A stretch of 64,000 nucleotides of DNA from an uncultured Planctomycetota bacterium (GTDB lineage Bacteria; Planctomycetota; Planctomycetia; Isosphaerales; Isosphaeraceae). Of the stretch, positions 39,969-51,043 are shown one piece after another; position 1 is the first letter of the stretch; every line of letters begins with the position of its first letter. The position numbers were made by a program, and so were the translations under genes. The stretch is from positions 864,001 to 928,000 of the forward strand of contig CAWGMQ010000008.1 in the NCBI GenBank assembly GCA_963823665.1. The letters are read 5' to 3'. Below the pieces are notes generated by a model. That model saw only the letters and a program-made list of their open reading frames with translations, was not told where the DNA came from and did not search any database.

Positions 39969-40649
39969 TCATTTCGCCGCGGTGTCCTTCAGCTTTTCCG
40001 AAAACACCGCTCTCAGCTTCTCCAGCTTCGGCTGGATGATGCCACGGCAATAGGGCGCATTCGCGTGCTGGTTGAAGTAATTCTGGTGGTAGGCCTCCGC
40101 CGGATAAAACACGGTGAACTTGGTGATTTCGGTGACGATCGGTGCCCCGAACAGGCCGGCCTTGTCAAGCTTCTGTTTGTAATGTTCCGCCAGTTGCTTC
40201 TGCTCATCCGTGTGATAAAAGATCGCCGAGCGATACTGCGGACCGTAGTCATTGCCCTGCTGATCCTTTGTGGTCGGATCGTGAGTCTTCCAGAAAACTT
40301 CCAGCAGCTCCTCGTACGAGATTTCCTTTGGGTCATACACGACCTGCAGCGCTTCGGCATGACCGGTCGTGCCGGTACAGACCTGCTCGTACGTGGGATT
40401 CTTGACCGAGCCCCCGCTGTACCCGGAGACAACCGATTGCACACCCTTCAACCGCTGAAAAACCGCCTCGGTGCACCAGAAGCAGCCGCCACCAAAGGTT
40501 GCCGTCGCCATCCCGGCCGGCGGCGCAGCAACAGGTTCAATCGTGACGGGTTGATCGGGTTTAGCCACGGGCTTACCTCCAACAAAAACAAAGGCGGACG
40601 CACCCAGCAGCAGTACGAGGAAACCTGCCGACAACATCGCATTGCGCAT
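39969..40649 (-). CDS. msrA: Peptide methionine sulfoxide reductase A with N-terminal signal/anchor
   Basis: GGGCFWCTE, GYSGG, GHAE, HDPT, YRSAIF, AEAYHQNY, YC. Confidence 0.95.
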   Translation of the reverse strand: MRNAMLSAGFLVLLLGASAFVFVGGKPVAKPDQPVTIEPVAAPPAGMATATFGGGCFWCTEAVFQRLKGVQSVVSGYSGGSVKNPTYEQVCTGTTGHAEALQVVYDPKEISYEELLEVFWKTHDPTTKDQQGNDYGPQYRSAIFYHTDEQKQLAEHYKQKLDKAGLFGAPIVTEITKFTVFYPAEAYHQNYFNQHANAPYCRGIIQPKLEKLRAVFSEKLKDTAAK

Positions 40650-40750
40650 GAAGACCTCCTCAAGATCGGTGCCAACCTTGATCAATAATGCCATGCCGCA
40701 ATGATTCGTGTCCATCGCCGCGCCGCACGGCTTTTTACACCGGTCTTTGA

Positions 40751-40781
40751 AAGTCGCCTTTCGCTCCGCGAAAGTGCGTCC
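40751..40781 (-). repeat. REP-like palindrome (second copy)
   Basis: aagtcgcctttcgctccgcgaaagtgcgtcc, inverted match to 8131-8163. Confidence 0.75.
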
Positions 40782-40819
40782 CCCCGCCGCATTCCCGCGC
40801 GCACGCCTGGTTCGCCGCG

Positions 40820-41010
40820 TGCCGGCTACGATCATCGTTCCGTTGTCGAGTAACGTCTTTCTCGCCGCACGCCACCATTGGGTTCGTTCGCGAATTCCGG
40901 CCACGTTGTCAAGTCCCGCATCGTTCTCGCATCGTGATCGAATCTCCTCTCTCAAAACAAGTTATGCAGTTCCAGCCACCTGAGCGAATTGGGTTCGTTC
41001 GCCACTTTTT
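40820..41010 (+). repeat. About 190-bp non-coding direct repeat, copy 1 (copy 2 near 42692-42880)
   Basis: Shared CACGCCACCATTGGGT..GTTCGCGAATTCCGGCCACGTTGTCAAGTCCCG and GTGATCGAATCTCCTCTCTCAAAACAAGTTATGCA; two ATTGGGTTCGTTCG-like motifs per copy. Confidence 0.88.
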
Positions 41011-41287
41011 CGGCCTGGTTCAAAATCGACCGCGTTCGGGTAACAGAACCGACGATCTCCGTGCCGTGCAAAATCGCCGTGTCCACCTGCACGCTCCGGT
41101 CGGGCGCCCGTCACACGCATCGCACCTCCCAAATTGAGTGGACCTGAATGGGAGTAAATCAGCGTAGGTGAGAGTGCTCACCCCAAAAAAGGTCGCATTT
41201 TCATTGCGGTTGACAACCCCCCGCGTCAAGCCCGGTCATCACACCGTGAAGCAGCGAGGAAATCCCCAGGAATAAGCCCCGCCCTCT

Positions 41288-42280
41288 ATGTTCAACCGTC
41301 CACCCTGACCGGCCACTTCGTTTTGTACATTCGTCGCGCGTCCTTACGCCACAAGGACTACGGAAACGCACTCGCTCGGTCGAGATGGCGAGCCATCACC
41401 CGAATTCGAAGCCGAAACCCCCGCCCGTTACCGCCCGGCCTTCGCCCAATCGCCAGGGTCCGGCCCGCGACCTGGCACAGACCCCGAATCCGGTTCGGCC
41501 GCCCTCCGCAAACGCAAATCCGCCCATGTCTTCGGTCGATCCACCAGCCTGTCGCCCCCTGGTGCGAAATGATACCAAAGTGATACCACGATGAAGGTCT
41601 CTTCCGATCCCCACGGTCCGTCTTCCGGCTCCCTTCGCTCCACGCTTCCTCCTCCGCCCTCCGCCGTCCGCCCTGCGTCCTCCGTCCTGATTCCGGCCCC
41701 GAATCGTCCCGGCGCGGCTCGCGAAGCGCTCCACCCCCCAAAGCCGGGTCCACCGTCCTGCGCAAGTGCAAATGCGAAAACGGCTTCGGTCGATCCGACA
41801 GACTCCTTTCCCCGGAGCAAAATGATAACTAATGATAGCAAAATCGGAAGATCCTCGCCTTCCTGCCAGCTTAGAGTCCGGGGGAGCGAACCCTGCTCTC
41901 AACTGACGACACGGCAAAGCCGCCAGGGCGACTGAGTCGTCTTGCGCGACGGGCAGGCCTACCTGGCTTTCGGTTTTGGTCTCAGCCTCTCTACCTACGG
42001 CGGAACTTTGCATTGTATTGCACTCGGTGCGTGAATCTCACCGCTGTTCTCAGAATGGGTGGAGATCGACAAGGAGGCAGGAAAGCAAAGGGAGCCGCCC
42101 ATCGCGCCAGCATCGCGCGTTCGCAGACTCTGCCCTATGTATATATGCGACCGGTTTCAGCGATCGGCAAGAAAAGCGTCCAAAAAAAGTGCAATCACTC
42201 GATCGACACGGCTGCAACGTCAGGAGCTACGGCTTTGCCCTATTTCTTTGTTAATTGTGAACACGCGGTCGAATCAAAAC
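41288..42280 (+). repeat. Long non-coding repeat, copy B, with an internal duplicated module
   Basis: Colinear with the reverse complement of 7110-7855; module near 41480-41590 is repeated near 41735-41845. Confidence 0.9.
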
Positions 42281-42691
42281 GAACACGCGGTCGTCCGATC
42301 GGTCGTCGAGGGCGCGCTGAAAGACAAGAAGCTCACCCCAGAGAACGTGCAGCAGCTCAGTAGTGCGCTACCCAACTTTGAACCAGGTCCGAATTGTGTT
42401 ACTAATCGTTGCAGCTTTTGTTCTCCGACATCCGTTCACTGGTTTAAATCGCTGACTCGGCGTGGCGGCCACTGCCCGCGGTCCGTCTCGACTCTCCGTC
42501 ACCCCACTCCCAAACCGCGCTCCCTATGGAGGTCCGGCGTTCAGCCTGGCGCCCCCCACCCAAAAAGCCCGCTCCACGGTCGCGGACCGTGCCGCCCAGA
42601 GCACGAGGTCACAATCCACGAATCAAGCGGTGTGCATCGGGCTTCAACGTCAAGTGTTTGGCAGTGCATGTTTCACGTCTGGCGAGCTCCT

Positions 42692-42880
42692 CGCCGGCCA
42701 CGATCGTCCGCCCAATGTCGAACAACGTCTTTCTCACCACACGCCACCATTGGGTCCGTTCGCGAATTCCGGCCACGTTGTCAAGTCCCGGTTCGTTGTT
42801 GTTTCGTGATCGAATCTCCTCTCTCAAAACAAGTTATGCATTTCCAGCCACATGAGCGAATTGGGTTCGTTCGTCACTTC
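42692..42880 (+). repeat. About 190-bp non-coding direct repeat, copy 2
   Basis: Matches 40820-41010. Confidence 0.88.
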
Positions 42881-43080
42881 TCTGTCGTTCCATCACCGTC
42901 GGAGCCTCACAGCCACCGCCGATTTTCATCAGCCACGGTCGGTTGCGCACCCGCCTGCGACGCGCCGCATCGATGGCACTCTTGGCCCGTCGTTTTCAAA
43001 CACTCGTGCACCAGTGTAAACCGCCCGCTTAAAGTGGCAGCGAGGGCCTTTCGTCGCCGAACCCCCGAGCCCCTTCCCGT

Positions 43081-43103
43081 GTAGGTCAGACTTTCAGCCT
43101 GAC
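43081..43103 (+). repeat. GTAG-headed REP-like palindrome
   Basis: GTAG-GTCAGactttcagcCTGAC; degenerate copy near 42528-42550; both are followed about 65 bp later by a CCACGAATCAAGC block. Confidence 0.6.
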
Positions 43104-43464
43104 GATTTCTACCCAAATCCTCGCATCCTGGTTCGCGAACGATGCTCCCCCAGCGCGATCTGAAAACCCACGAATCAAGCCGTGTGCACCAGGCGTCAGC
43201 TTCAATTCTTTGGCGATGCATGTTTGCCTCTTGGGTCTCCCACCGGCCAACAACTCCTCGCCCCAGCACCGCGCTGAGCCTCTACCCAAGATGATCTACA
43301 AACCAGCCGGTTATTTTGCGCCCGTTCCTGGAATTCTCGGCCGAATGACTCACACCCGTTCCGATCGTAACGGTCGAGCGTGTCCTGACCACCCATTCCG
43401 ACGAAGTGTGCGCACAGCGATCGGCGAGGGCCTCGAACAACGTCACGTGGTGGAGGCGGCATCC

Positions 43465-44238
43465 TCACGTGCAGCCGAATTCCGTCGTGAACTTACGGGT
43501 AACTTCGCCCAACCTCGTGTCGAGCACCTCGTAGACCCGGCTCGTAATCACCTCGGGCACTCCCCCGAAAAACGCCTGCGCAATACCCCCCGCCATGCAG
43601 GCCAACGTGTCGCTGTCTCCACCCAGAGAAATCGCCTTCCGCACAGCATCCTCGAAGTTGTCCGCCTCCAGAAACGCCCTGATCGCCTGCGGAACCGACT
43701 TCTGGCAAGAGACAAGAAACTCGTACGTCGGGCGAATCTCATCCAGCGGTGTGTCCAGGTCGTAGCCGAATGTCCGCTCCACGTAATTCTTGATCTCCTC
43801 CTTGCCCTGCCCGGTGCGTGCGAGAAAGACTGCCGAGGCGACCGCCTGCGCCCCCTTGATCCCTTCGGGATGGTCGTGCGTTACCTCGGCACTTCGCTCC
43901 GCCCGTGACATCACGTCTTCCAAGGTGGTGCAGGCAAACCCGACGGGGCTGACCCGCATCGCCGAGCCGTTGCCCCAACTGTTGTAGGGGCGGGAGTCGT
44001 CCGACTGCGCCCATTTGTGGAATGATCCGCCGTAGCCAGCGCGCGGGTAAGCTCGGTAGTACTGTTTCAAAAGCCCGACGAACGGGGTACCGTGCATCAG
44101 GCTGTCAGCCAAGGCGACCGTGAGCACCGTGTCGTCGGTGAACCGGCACCGCGGGTGGAACAGCGGGAACTTGGTTGTCTTGATCGGCCGAGCCTCGTAA
44201 ACCGAGCCGATGATGTCTCCGGCGATCGCTCCGAGCAC
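43465..44238 (-). CDS. ADP-ribosylglycohydrolase family protein
   Basis: GAIAGDIIGSVYE, FTDDT, SWGNGSAMRVSP, TH, GGDSDT. Confidence 0.93.
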   Translation of the reverse strand: MLGAIAGDIIGSVYEARPIKTTKFPLFHPRCRFTDDTVLTVALADSLMHGTPFVGLLKQYYRAYPRAGYGGSFHKWAQSDDSRPYNSWGNGSAMRVSPVGFACTTLEDVMSRAERSAEVTHDHPEGIKGAQAVASAVFLARTGQGKEEIKNYVERTFGYDLDTPLDEIRPTYEFLVSCQKSVPQAIRAFLEADNFEDAVRKAISLGGDSDTLACMAGGIAQAFFGGVPEVITSRVYEVLDTRLGEVTRKFTTEFGCT

Positions 44239-44350
44239 GGTGGCTTTTTCCTCGCTCTCATCAGACCTGAAGGTCGTTCGCTCAGTAAGATTATATCAGT
44301 GTCGCGTGTTCGGAACGGACGTGAGGTCGGGTCAGCGAGGGCGCCACCGC

Positions 44351-44788
44351 ATGAAAGAGATTCACACCGAGATCGAGATCAATGCTCCCGCCGAGACGGT
44401 CTGGCGAGTGCTGACCGATTTCTCCGCTTACCCCGAATGGAATCCGTTCGTGCGCCGCGTGGAGGGCGAGGTCACTGTCCGTTCCCGCCTTCAAGTCTAC
44501 GTCCAGCCCGCAGGCGGCAAGGGAATGTCATTCCGCCCCACCGTCCTGGTTGCTGAGCCGAACGGGGAACTTCGATGGCTGGGTCGTCTCTGGTTGCCTG
44601 GACTGTTCGACGGTGAGCATTCCTTCGTCATCGAACCGCAAGCTGAGCGGCGTGTGCGGTTCGTCCAGCGGGAACGATTCAACGGCCTGCTCGTGCCGTT
44701 TCTGTCGAAAATGCTCGATGGTGGTACCCGTCGCGGCTTCGAGGACATGAATCAGGCGCTGAAAATGCGTGCGGAATCGGATCCCTGA
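44351..44788 (+). CDS. SRPBCC/START domain protein
   Basis: IHTEIEINAPAETVWRVLTDFSAYPEWNPF, FDGEHSF, GFEDMNQALK. Confidence 0.9.
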   Translation: MKEIHTEIEINAPAETVWRVLTDFSAYPEWNPFVRRVEGEVTVRSRLQVYVQPAGGKGMSFRPTVLVAEPNGELRWLGRLWLPGLFDGEHSFVIEPQAERRVRFVQRERFNGLLVPFLSKMLDGGTRRGFEDMNQALKMRAESDP

Positions 44789-44878
44789 ATAACGTGCCCT
44801 TGCCTCGAGGCGCCCGCAGCGCCCGAGGCCGAAGGCGATCGAACCGCCACGAGCATGCGAAAACGACCCCGCCCACCT

Positions 44879-44912
44879 TTCCCCCCCTTGCAAAGGGGGG
44901 GCCAGGGGGGGT
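44879..44912. repeat. C-run/G-run palindromic repeat (CCCCCCTT-N-AAGGGGGGGCCAGGGGGGGT)
   Basis: Near-identical copy near 60995-61028 and a degenerate one near 60902-60933. Confidence 0.75.
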
Positions 44913-45031
44913 GAAGGGCGTCACCCGCCAGTGATCCGAACGCCGCGCCACGAGCAAGCGACGACTGAACAACCGCGGCGATTCATACTGCCAGTTTTGA
45001 CAAAGGTGTCAGGAACCTTTCTTCTGTCACC

Positions 45032-48000
45032 TTACTGTCGCGCTTGCAGTTTCAAGTTCAGGTCGCTGGCATCAGGCGTGATCTTTTGCGCCCACTCCCC
45101 GCTTTCTGCCTGGGCCCGCAGCCAGATTTCCTTATTCGGTACCTTTTGCAGCCGAAAGCGACCTTGAGCATCGGTGTTCGTCACGATGCGCCCTAAGTCG
45201 TGGACCGAGACGGTAGCGTCTGAAACCGGACGCCCTTGCTCATCCACAACACGGCCGGACAGTTCTCCAGTTGCGGGCAACAAGCGAAGTGTGGGCAATT
45301 CGATATCGTCTGGTTTGTCGGTTGCCACACGATCGGACCAGACTCCAGAGTAACCGGGTTTGTTGATGTAGACCGCCACGCGACTGTTCCGCAGGATGCC
45401 CACGATTTCGAACTTTCCGTCGACGTCGGTCAGTGGCAATTTCTCGCGCGAGTCGAAATAGCGCCACGGTTCGTCCCTGGCCTGATCGTTCAACGAGGTT
45501 GACAAACCGATCTTCGCATCAGCCACCGGCCGACCGGCATCGTCGACCACGCTGCCACGTAACGTAACCGCGGCTGCAGGTTCGAGGTCGACCACGATCG
45601 CCGGCGGCCCCTTCTGATTGAGCACCAGCGACCGGCTTGGACCGCGCGTACCCGTCCGCCGCGATGACGACGGCGAAGTGCTTGCCCTTATTGCGGCGAA
45701 CCATCCGAGCGAAGCCAATGTTGTGCGTGTTGCCTTTTCGTTCAGGCATTGTCATGAATAAATCACCATTCTCCACGCCGAGGAATATCGTCGCTCGCGG
45801 TACTTCCTTGCCGTCGCGCGGCCGCAACGTCACGGTCACTTGATAGTCGTTTTCGTCCTGAGCGCTGATGCGGTTGACATAAATCTCGTTGTCGAGTCGC
45901 CCCGCACTAGCCTGTTGCATGTCACGCGGAAATCCCGCCGGTTCGATGGTCAGGGAAACAGATCCCGTCGGTAGGCCGGCCAGGCGAAACTTGCCTTCGA
46001 CATCCGTCGTCGTCTCGACTCGCGGTTCGCCTGTGTGGATCACCTTGGCATTCTCTACGGCGAACCCTTCATAGTCACGCACGACACCGCCCACTTCCTG
46101 ATCGGGCGGCCCAACCCGGATGTCGGGAAGAATTCGAGGTTCTTTGCCTTCGAGGGACATCCAGTCGCTCTCTGCCCCACCGGTCCCCGGCTTGTCGATG
46201 CGGACCCGAATCCGGTCCCCCATTCGAGCCTGCTTGATTTCGAAAGCGCCCGTCGTTTCCAGTCGTATACTCGAGCCCCCATGGAAACGTCTGCTGGCTC
46301 CCATAAATCACGCGCGCGATGCGCACGCGCGCACCCTCAACGGCCTTTCCTGCCTGATCGACTACCTTTCCACGCACGGGCGCGGGCACTTCGGGGACCA
46401 GTTCGACAGCGAGGTTCGGCATCCGCTCACGAACCACGAATTCAGCCGAGCGGGCTGTTGCATACCCATCGGAATCAATCAACAGAAACGTCGTGAGACC
46501 ATCGTCATCGCGAGGGAACTGAATCTCATGTCCGGTAGCGGAGAGGGCGATCCATTGTGAGGTACGCTGGCTGCCTTTGTGGACGACGCGTGCTTCGACA
46601 CGGTTGACCTTCCTTCCGGCAGGGGTTTGCAACGTGACGTGCAGCCTGTAGGGCCGGTGTGCGTCAGGCGCTGGAATGTTGACGGTTCGCGCGGGTTTTT
46701 CGGTTTCGGCAGTCGCCACCGCTTTGTCGCGTCGCCCTCTGGCATCCCTCACTCCCGCTTGCAACACGACATCGACGACGTCTCGGTCTGCCGGGACCTC
46801 TAACGTACGACTTGACTCGGTATGCTGCCTTCGATCTCCTTCCGCGACATAGATCTTGCTCACACCGGGCGGGACGTGGAATTCGAATGTGCCATCGGCC
46901 TTCGTTCGCACCATCATGCAGGCGGCCCCGGAACTGGGGCGTGCCGGTCCATAATAACCCACGGAGATCTTCGCGAGCGGCTTGCCGGTATCGCTGTCCA
47001 AGACCTTGCCGCTGAGCCGGCGCCCCGTGCTCGCGTGGAAATCGGCCTGGGCGGGCCGCGCCACGGAGACGTCGACTCCCTCGACCGCCGGGGCCGTCAA
47101 CAATGGCTGCTCTTCACTTGTTGGCACACTGCCGCCGAACAGGACATTGAACCGTCCCGGCGAAAGTCCGCCAATCACGTATTGTCCCTCGCGATCGGTC
47201 ATGGCCGAGCCAAACGAGACGAAGCCGTGCACGACTTGGCTGGAGTCCTGTGCTTGAGCAAAGACTCGTTGGCTCTCTAGGGGCTTGCCAGTTGCGGTGT
47301 CTACCACGCGCCCCTGGATGCGCCCCGCTCGCGCCAGCGTTATTCGGCCCAAATCTCTTGTGTCGGGTTTGATCGTGATCCGTCTGCGCTGCCAATCGAG
47401 ATCTTGCGGCGCCAGAGCAGGATGGGCCCCGGCCGGCAACCGAATGACGAAAGTGCCGTTCCGATCGGTCGTCGCCGACCCAAGATCTTCCTCGCCGACG
47501 CCGTGACGATTGACTCCCTGATTCGCCGTCTGCGTCAACCAATCGACGGCCACACGAATTCCGCTCTGCGGATTCCCGTCCGGATCGACCAGCGTTCCTC
47601 GAACCGTCACAGAGTCGCCGGACGCGGTCGCCGTTGTCTGCTGCGCGGCTGACGTTTTTACGTCAGCGCGTTGGGCTCGAATCAGTATCGGCGCGAGCGG
47701 AATAAAGAGAATGGCCACCAAGCACACCACAAACTTCATTCGACGCGAAACGCGAACGTCGAAGGCGGCGAGCATGATCTTCCTCAATCTTTCTTCGATG
47801 GAGCCCTTGGTACCGACGCCGGTGGCTAATGATGGGAGATCGTCGGATGAAAGAAATGCCACGGTTTTCACGAGCATTTCCGCGTAGGCGCGGCGATCGG
47901 TCGGTCGCTGCGAAACAACACAGGCATCACAGGCCAGCTCTTCGGCCAGTCGGATTTCTCGACGGAGCAGCCACGCGATCGGATGCCACCAGTAGAGACC

Positions 48001-48764
48001 TAGCGAAACCAGTTCCAACCAACGAATCCAATGGTCGCCGCGACGATAGTGAACCAGCTCATGCAGCAGCAATGTTTCGCGCGCCGGCCCGTCCAAGTCG
48101 CTGAAGAGTTCGCTCGGCACAACGATCCGCACCGGTCCGACGAATGCCCAGAGCATGGGCGACACTCGACCGGGCACCTGCCAGACTCGCGGACAACGCC
48201 GTAAGCCCAGTCGTTCAGCCAAGAGCGCCGTCGTCTGTTGGACGTCCGCTGACGCCTCCTCCGCGAATCGCAAGCAACGCTGCAAGCGACTGATCCGCCA
48301 CAATGATAGCCCCCACAAGAGCACAGTTCCAGCGCCCCAGACAATCACGACAAGCAGCAGTGGGCTGACACTGCCCGTAACCGCGCGACGCCAACCGTCT
48401 GGTCGTGCGTCGCTATCCGACAATTGGCCCGGGACCGGCTGATCGAGGAAGCCTTCGAGGTTGAACTGGGTTATAGTGGCTGCGTTTTGATTTGGCGGCT
48501 CAGGTTGCTGATCGGACGTCACACCAGGATTCGTGTGGCGAGAAACGGTCGTATCCGCGGAGATCCCGGCGGCCGGCTCGACAGCCGGCAGCAATGCCCA
48601 TTGCGGGCCCAGAGCGGTGGCGTCAGCAGTTTCAAGAGCACGAGAATCCACAGCCAATGCAAGACCACGGGATTATGAATTCGCGACTTGCACGCGGCGA
48701 CAATAGCAAACATTCCTGTCACGAGCACCGCATTGGTCAGAGCAATGATGAGAACAGCATTCAT
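45032..48764 (-). CDS. BlaR1/MecR1-like M56 peptidase with multiple carboxypeptidase-regulatory-like domains (frameshifts near 48610, 46240, 45632)
   Basis: HWLWILVLLKLLTPP, LLHELVHYRRGD, WWHP, EELACD; repeated GxVVD..GxP..A.V...TD..GxF domains across four ORF pieces. Confidence 0.85.
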
Positions 48765-49180
48765 TTGCGTCTCCCGCGCGGCTTGGGTTCCTTGCCTTCA
48801 TCGGCGGCCAATTCGTTGATCAAATCCAAGAGCGCGGCTTGCTGCTTCTTGTTCAATCGCTCGTGCTGCGCAAGCTGCGTCAAGAGAGGCGTGACCGAGC
48901 CGTCGCACAGGCGTTCCGCGAGAACCCGTAATCTCTGGCCGACGAGTTCATCTCGGTCCACGGTCGCGTCGTAGAGATAGGCGATCCCTTTTGGCTCGCG
49001 GCGCACGAATCCTTTCGCTTCGAGCCGCTCGAGTAGTTTCTTGACGGTCGCGTAATACACATCCTGATTTGGAGCATCGAGAATCGCCGCCACTTCACGT
49101 ATGGTTCGAGACCCGTGGTTCCAGAGCACCTGCAGAACTCCCAGTTCGGCGTCCGTGACATCACGTGTTTTCTTTGTCAT
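48761..49180 (-). CDS. BlaI/MecI/CopY family transcriptional repressor
   Basis: TDAELGVLQVLW, YATVKKLLERLEAKGFV, LCDGSVTPLL; ATGA overlap with the M56 gene. Confidence 0.92.
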   Translation of the reverse strand: MTKKTRDVTDAELGVLQVLWNHGSRTIREVAAILDAPNQDVYYATVKKLLERLEAKGFVRREPKGIAYLYDATVDRDELVGQRLRVLAERLCDGSVTPLLTQLAQHERLNKKQQAALLDLINELAADEGKEPKPRGRRK

Positions 49181-49212
49181 AACCGTCACTCGCCCTTCCC
49201 CACTTCACTGTC

Positions 49213-49261
49213 GGACAAGTTGTCTCAGGAACAGCATAGGACAAGTTGTCTCAGGTGTCAA
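49213..49261 (-). promoter_or_regulatory. blaI-like promoter TTGACA-17-TATGCT with two identical 17-bp operators GGACAAGTTGTCTCAGG
   Basis: Repeats at 49213-49229 and 49239-49255, each with palindrome GACAA-G-TTGTC; the second is exactly the -35/-10 spacer. Confidence 0.75.
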
Positions 49262-49492
49262 TCTCTGTGTGGGAAACGGGGCCACACAGAGCAGCCGGCG
49301 TCGGCTAGGGCGTCGTGAGCTCTGGGAAGTCCCGCCGCCCAATTGCTGGCGGCGGGTGATGCCGGCTTGATCCGCACGATCGACTGCCGCGCGGGTTTTA
49401 CCGGAGCATTGCTATCGTACCGACCACCGGCTAACATCGTGGACGTAGGTCTGACATGCATGTCGCGCGGCGGATCGCCGTCTGCTCTCGAA

Positions 49493-49927
49493 ATGATAAG
49501 TCTAGTTCATTCGAAACGATGGCTTCCGTCATCCGCCGGCGCGATGGTCGCGTCGCTGGCGTGGATGGTGCTCGCGCCCGCCGGTGTGGAGGCGGGCTGC
49601 TCGCACCGGGTGACTTTACGAGAGCAGGCGCGGCTCGATTCGATGCTGCTCGGAACGGCTCTTGGTCAGCTTGACACCGCCGCCGCGGCGCCCAAACAGC
49701 GGTCTCCAGGCCCTTGCCGCGGAGCGTGGTGCGACCAGCGTCCCAGCACGCCGGCGGTCCCGAGCGGATCCGTGCACACTCACGATGAATCGTGGGCGTT
49801 CCCTATCACCGTAGCGGAAGTGGACCCAAGAACCACGTCCGGACTGCTCGAGCGAGCAGCCAGTCTTTACACGGCGCACCTCTGCACACCGATATTTCGT
49901 CCGCCACGTACATCTGCGCGTCCGTGA
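49493..49927 (+). CDS. Exported Cys-containing leader protein with C-terminal IFRPPR (candidate arrest peptide 1)
   Basis: Signal peptide ending LAPAGVEA-GC, PCRGAWC, IFRPPR 5 residues before the stop; aligns without gaps to 51044-51478. Confidence 0.72.
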   Translation: MISLVHSKRWLPSSAGAMVASLAWMVLAPAGVEAGCSHRVTLREQARLDSMLLGTALGQLDTAAAAPKQRSPGPCRGAWCDQRPSTPAVPSGSVHTHDESWAFPITVAEVDPRTTSGLLERAASLYTAHLCTPIFRPPRTSARP

Positions 49928-50255
49928 AGTTTGCGCATCGCCCTCGCGGCGCCCCGAATTCGATCTGGACGAGCCGGCCAATCGCGGGCTGGGCTGTCCG
50001 TGGATTGCTGCGCCTTCCGAATCGCTCATGAACGGATTGCGACGAGATCGCGCGACTCGTTCTCCAGGCGGTTCTGAAGCCGCGGGTGACAGCGCTAGGC
50101 CGATTCTCTTTAGCCGCAATACCACGGCGGGGCGGGTCTTCCAGTCACACGCCAAGGCCGCCGCGCCGCGCCAGATGTTTTCAGCCATTCTCCGAAAGTG
50201 AGTGCCGGGTCCAGGAATAGGGATTCGACACGAACGTCGGGTTATAGGATAAAAT

Positions 50256-50852
50256 ATGATTGAACCCGAAAACGACTTTGCCGAACTCATGGCACGAGTG
50301 CGACTGGATGACGACCAGGCGCTCGCCACGCTCATCTCTATCTACGAACCCAAGATCCGACGCGCAGCCAAGCTCCTGCTCGGCAAGCCATTGCGCTCTT
50401 CGATCGATCCGACGGACCTGGTTCAAGCCGTGCATCTTCAATTGATCAGGTTGCTCAAGCAGCAGCGACTCATTATCGTCGGCCCGCAGCACCTGCGCGA
50501 GCTTGCAGCGACCGTGTTACGCCACAAGTTTATTCAGCATTGGCGGCGTCATCGTTGCGCAGCGCGCCATACCGCATCCCTTGCCGAAGCAGGTGGGCAC
50601 CCGGTCGAGCGGGCGAGAAAACTCGCCGCCGCGGTCGATCCGGCGCGGACTGCCGAATACAAGGACATGCTCGACCATCTGTACCGCCGGCTTCGCACCG
50701 AGGATCGCCGGCTCATCGTCATGCGGATCCAGGGATACAGCACCGAGGAGATCGCCGACGAGTTGGGGACGAGCGCCACCGTGCTGCGCATGCGCCTCAG
50801 CCGGCTCCGCGAGCGGTTGCGCAAAGAGAAATCGCTAATCGAATGGATTTGA
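50256..50852 (+). CDS. ECF-type RNA polymerase sigma factor (Planctomycete type)
   Basis: FAELMARVRLDDDQAL, LRSSIDPTDLVQ (region 2), QGYSTEEIADELG...MRLSRLR (region 4). Confidence 0.88.
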   Translation: MIEPENDFAELMARVRLDDDQALATLISIYEPKIRRAAKLLLGKPLRSSIDPTDLVQAVHLQLIRLLKQQRLIIVGPQHLRELAATVLRHKFIQHWRRHRCAARHTASLAEAGGHPVERARKLAAAVDPARTAEYKDMLDHLYRRLRTEDRRLIVMRIQGYSTEEIADELGTSATVLRMRLSRLRERLRKEKSLIEWI

Positions 50853-51043
50853 ATTCACGCCATCTTAATGTTACGAAATCGGCCACTCGAGCGTTTAGTA
50901 AGTAGAACACGAGCGATTCGCCCGGTGATCCAATCGCCGGGCCGGCATCGCCAGAGCCAAGATGTCGGCTCTGCCCAGACAGTTTCCGTTTACCTGGGCA
51001 AGGAAGCCTGAGAGTCAAGGAGACCGCTCGCGCCGTGCCTCTG

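Noticed and set aside
42241..42460. rRNA/tRNA operon after the boxA-like motif
   Set aside because: No recognisable 16S/23S/5S sequence or tRNA cloverleaf follows in either copy
42059..43084. 341-aa ORF similar to ORFs at 7094-7564 and 40708-41137
   Set aside because: The similarity comes from the DNA repeats; frames are not preserved between copies
45003..45020. AAAGGTGTCAGGAACCTTT as an IS end
   Set aside because: Single short occurrence with no partner repeat or transposase nearby; at most a solitary repeat or terminator element
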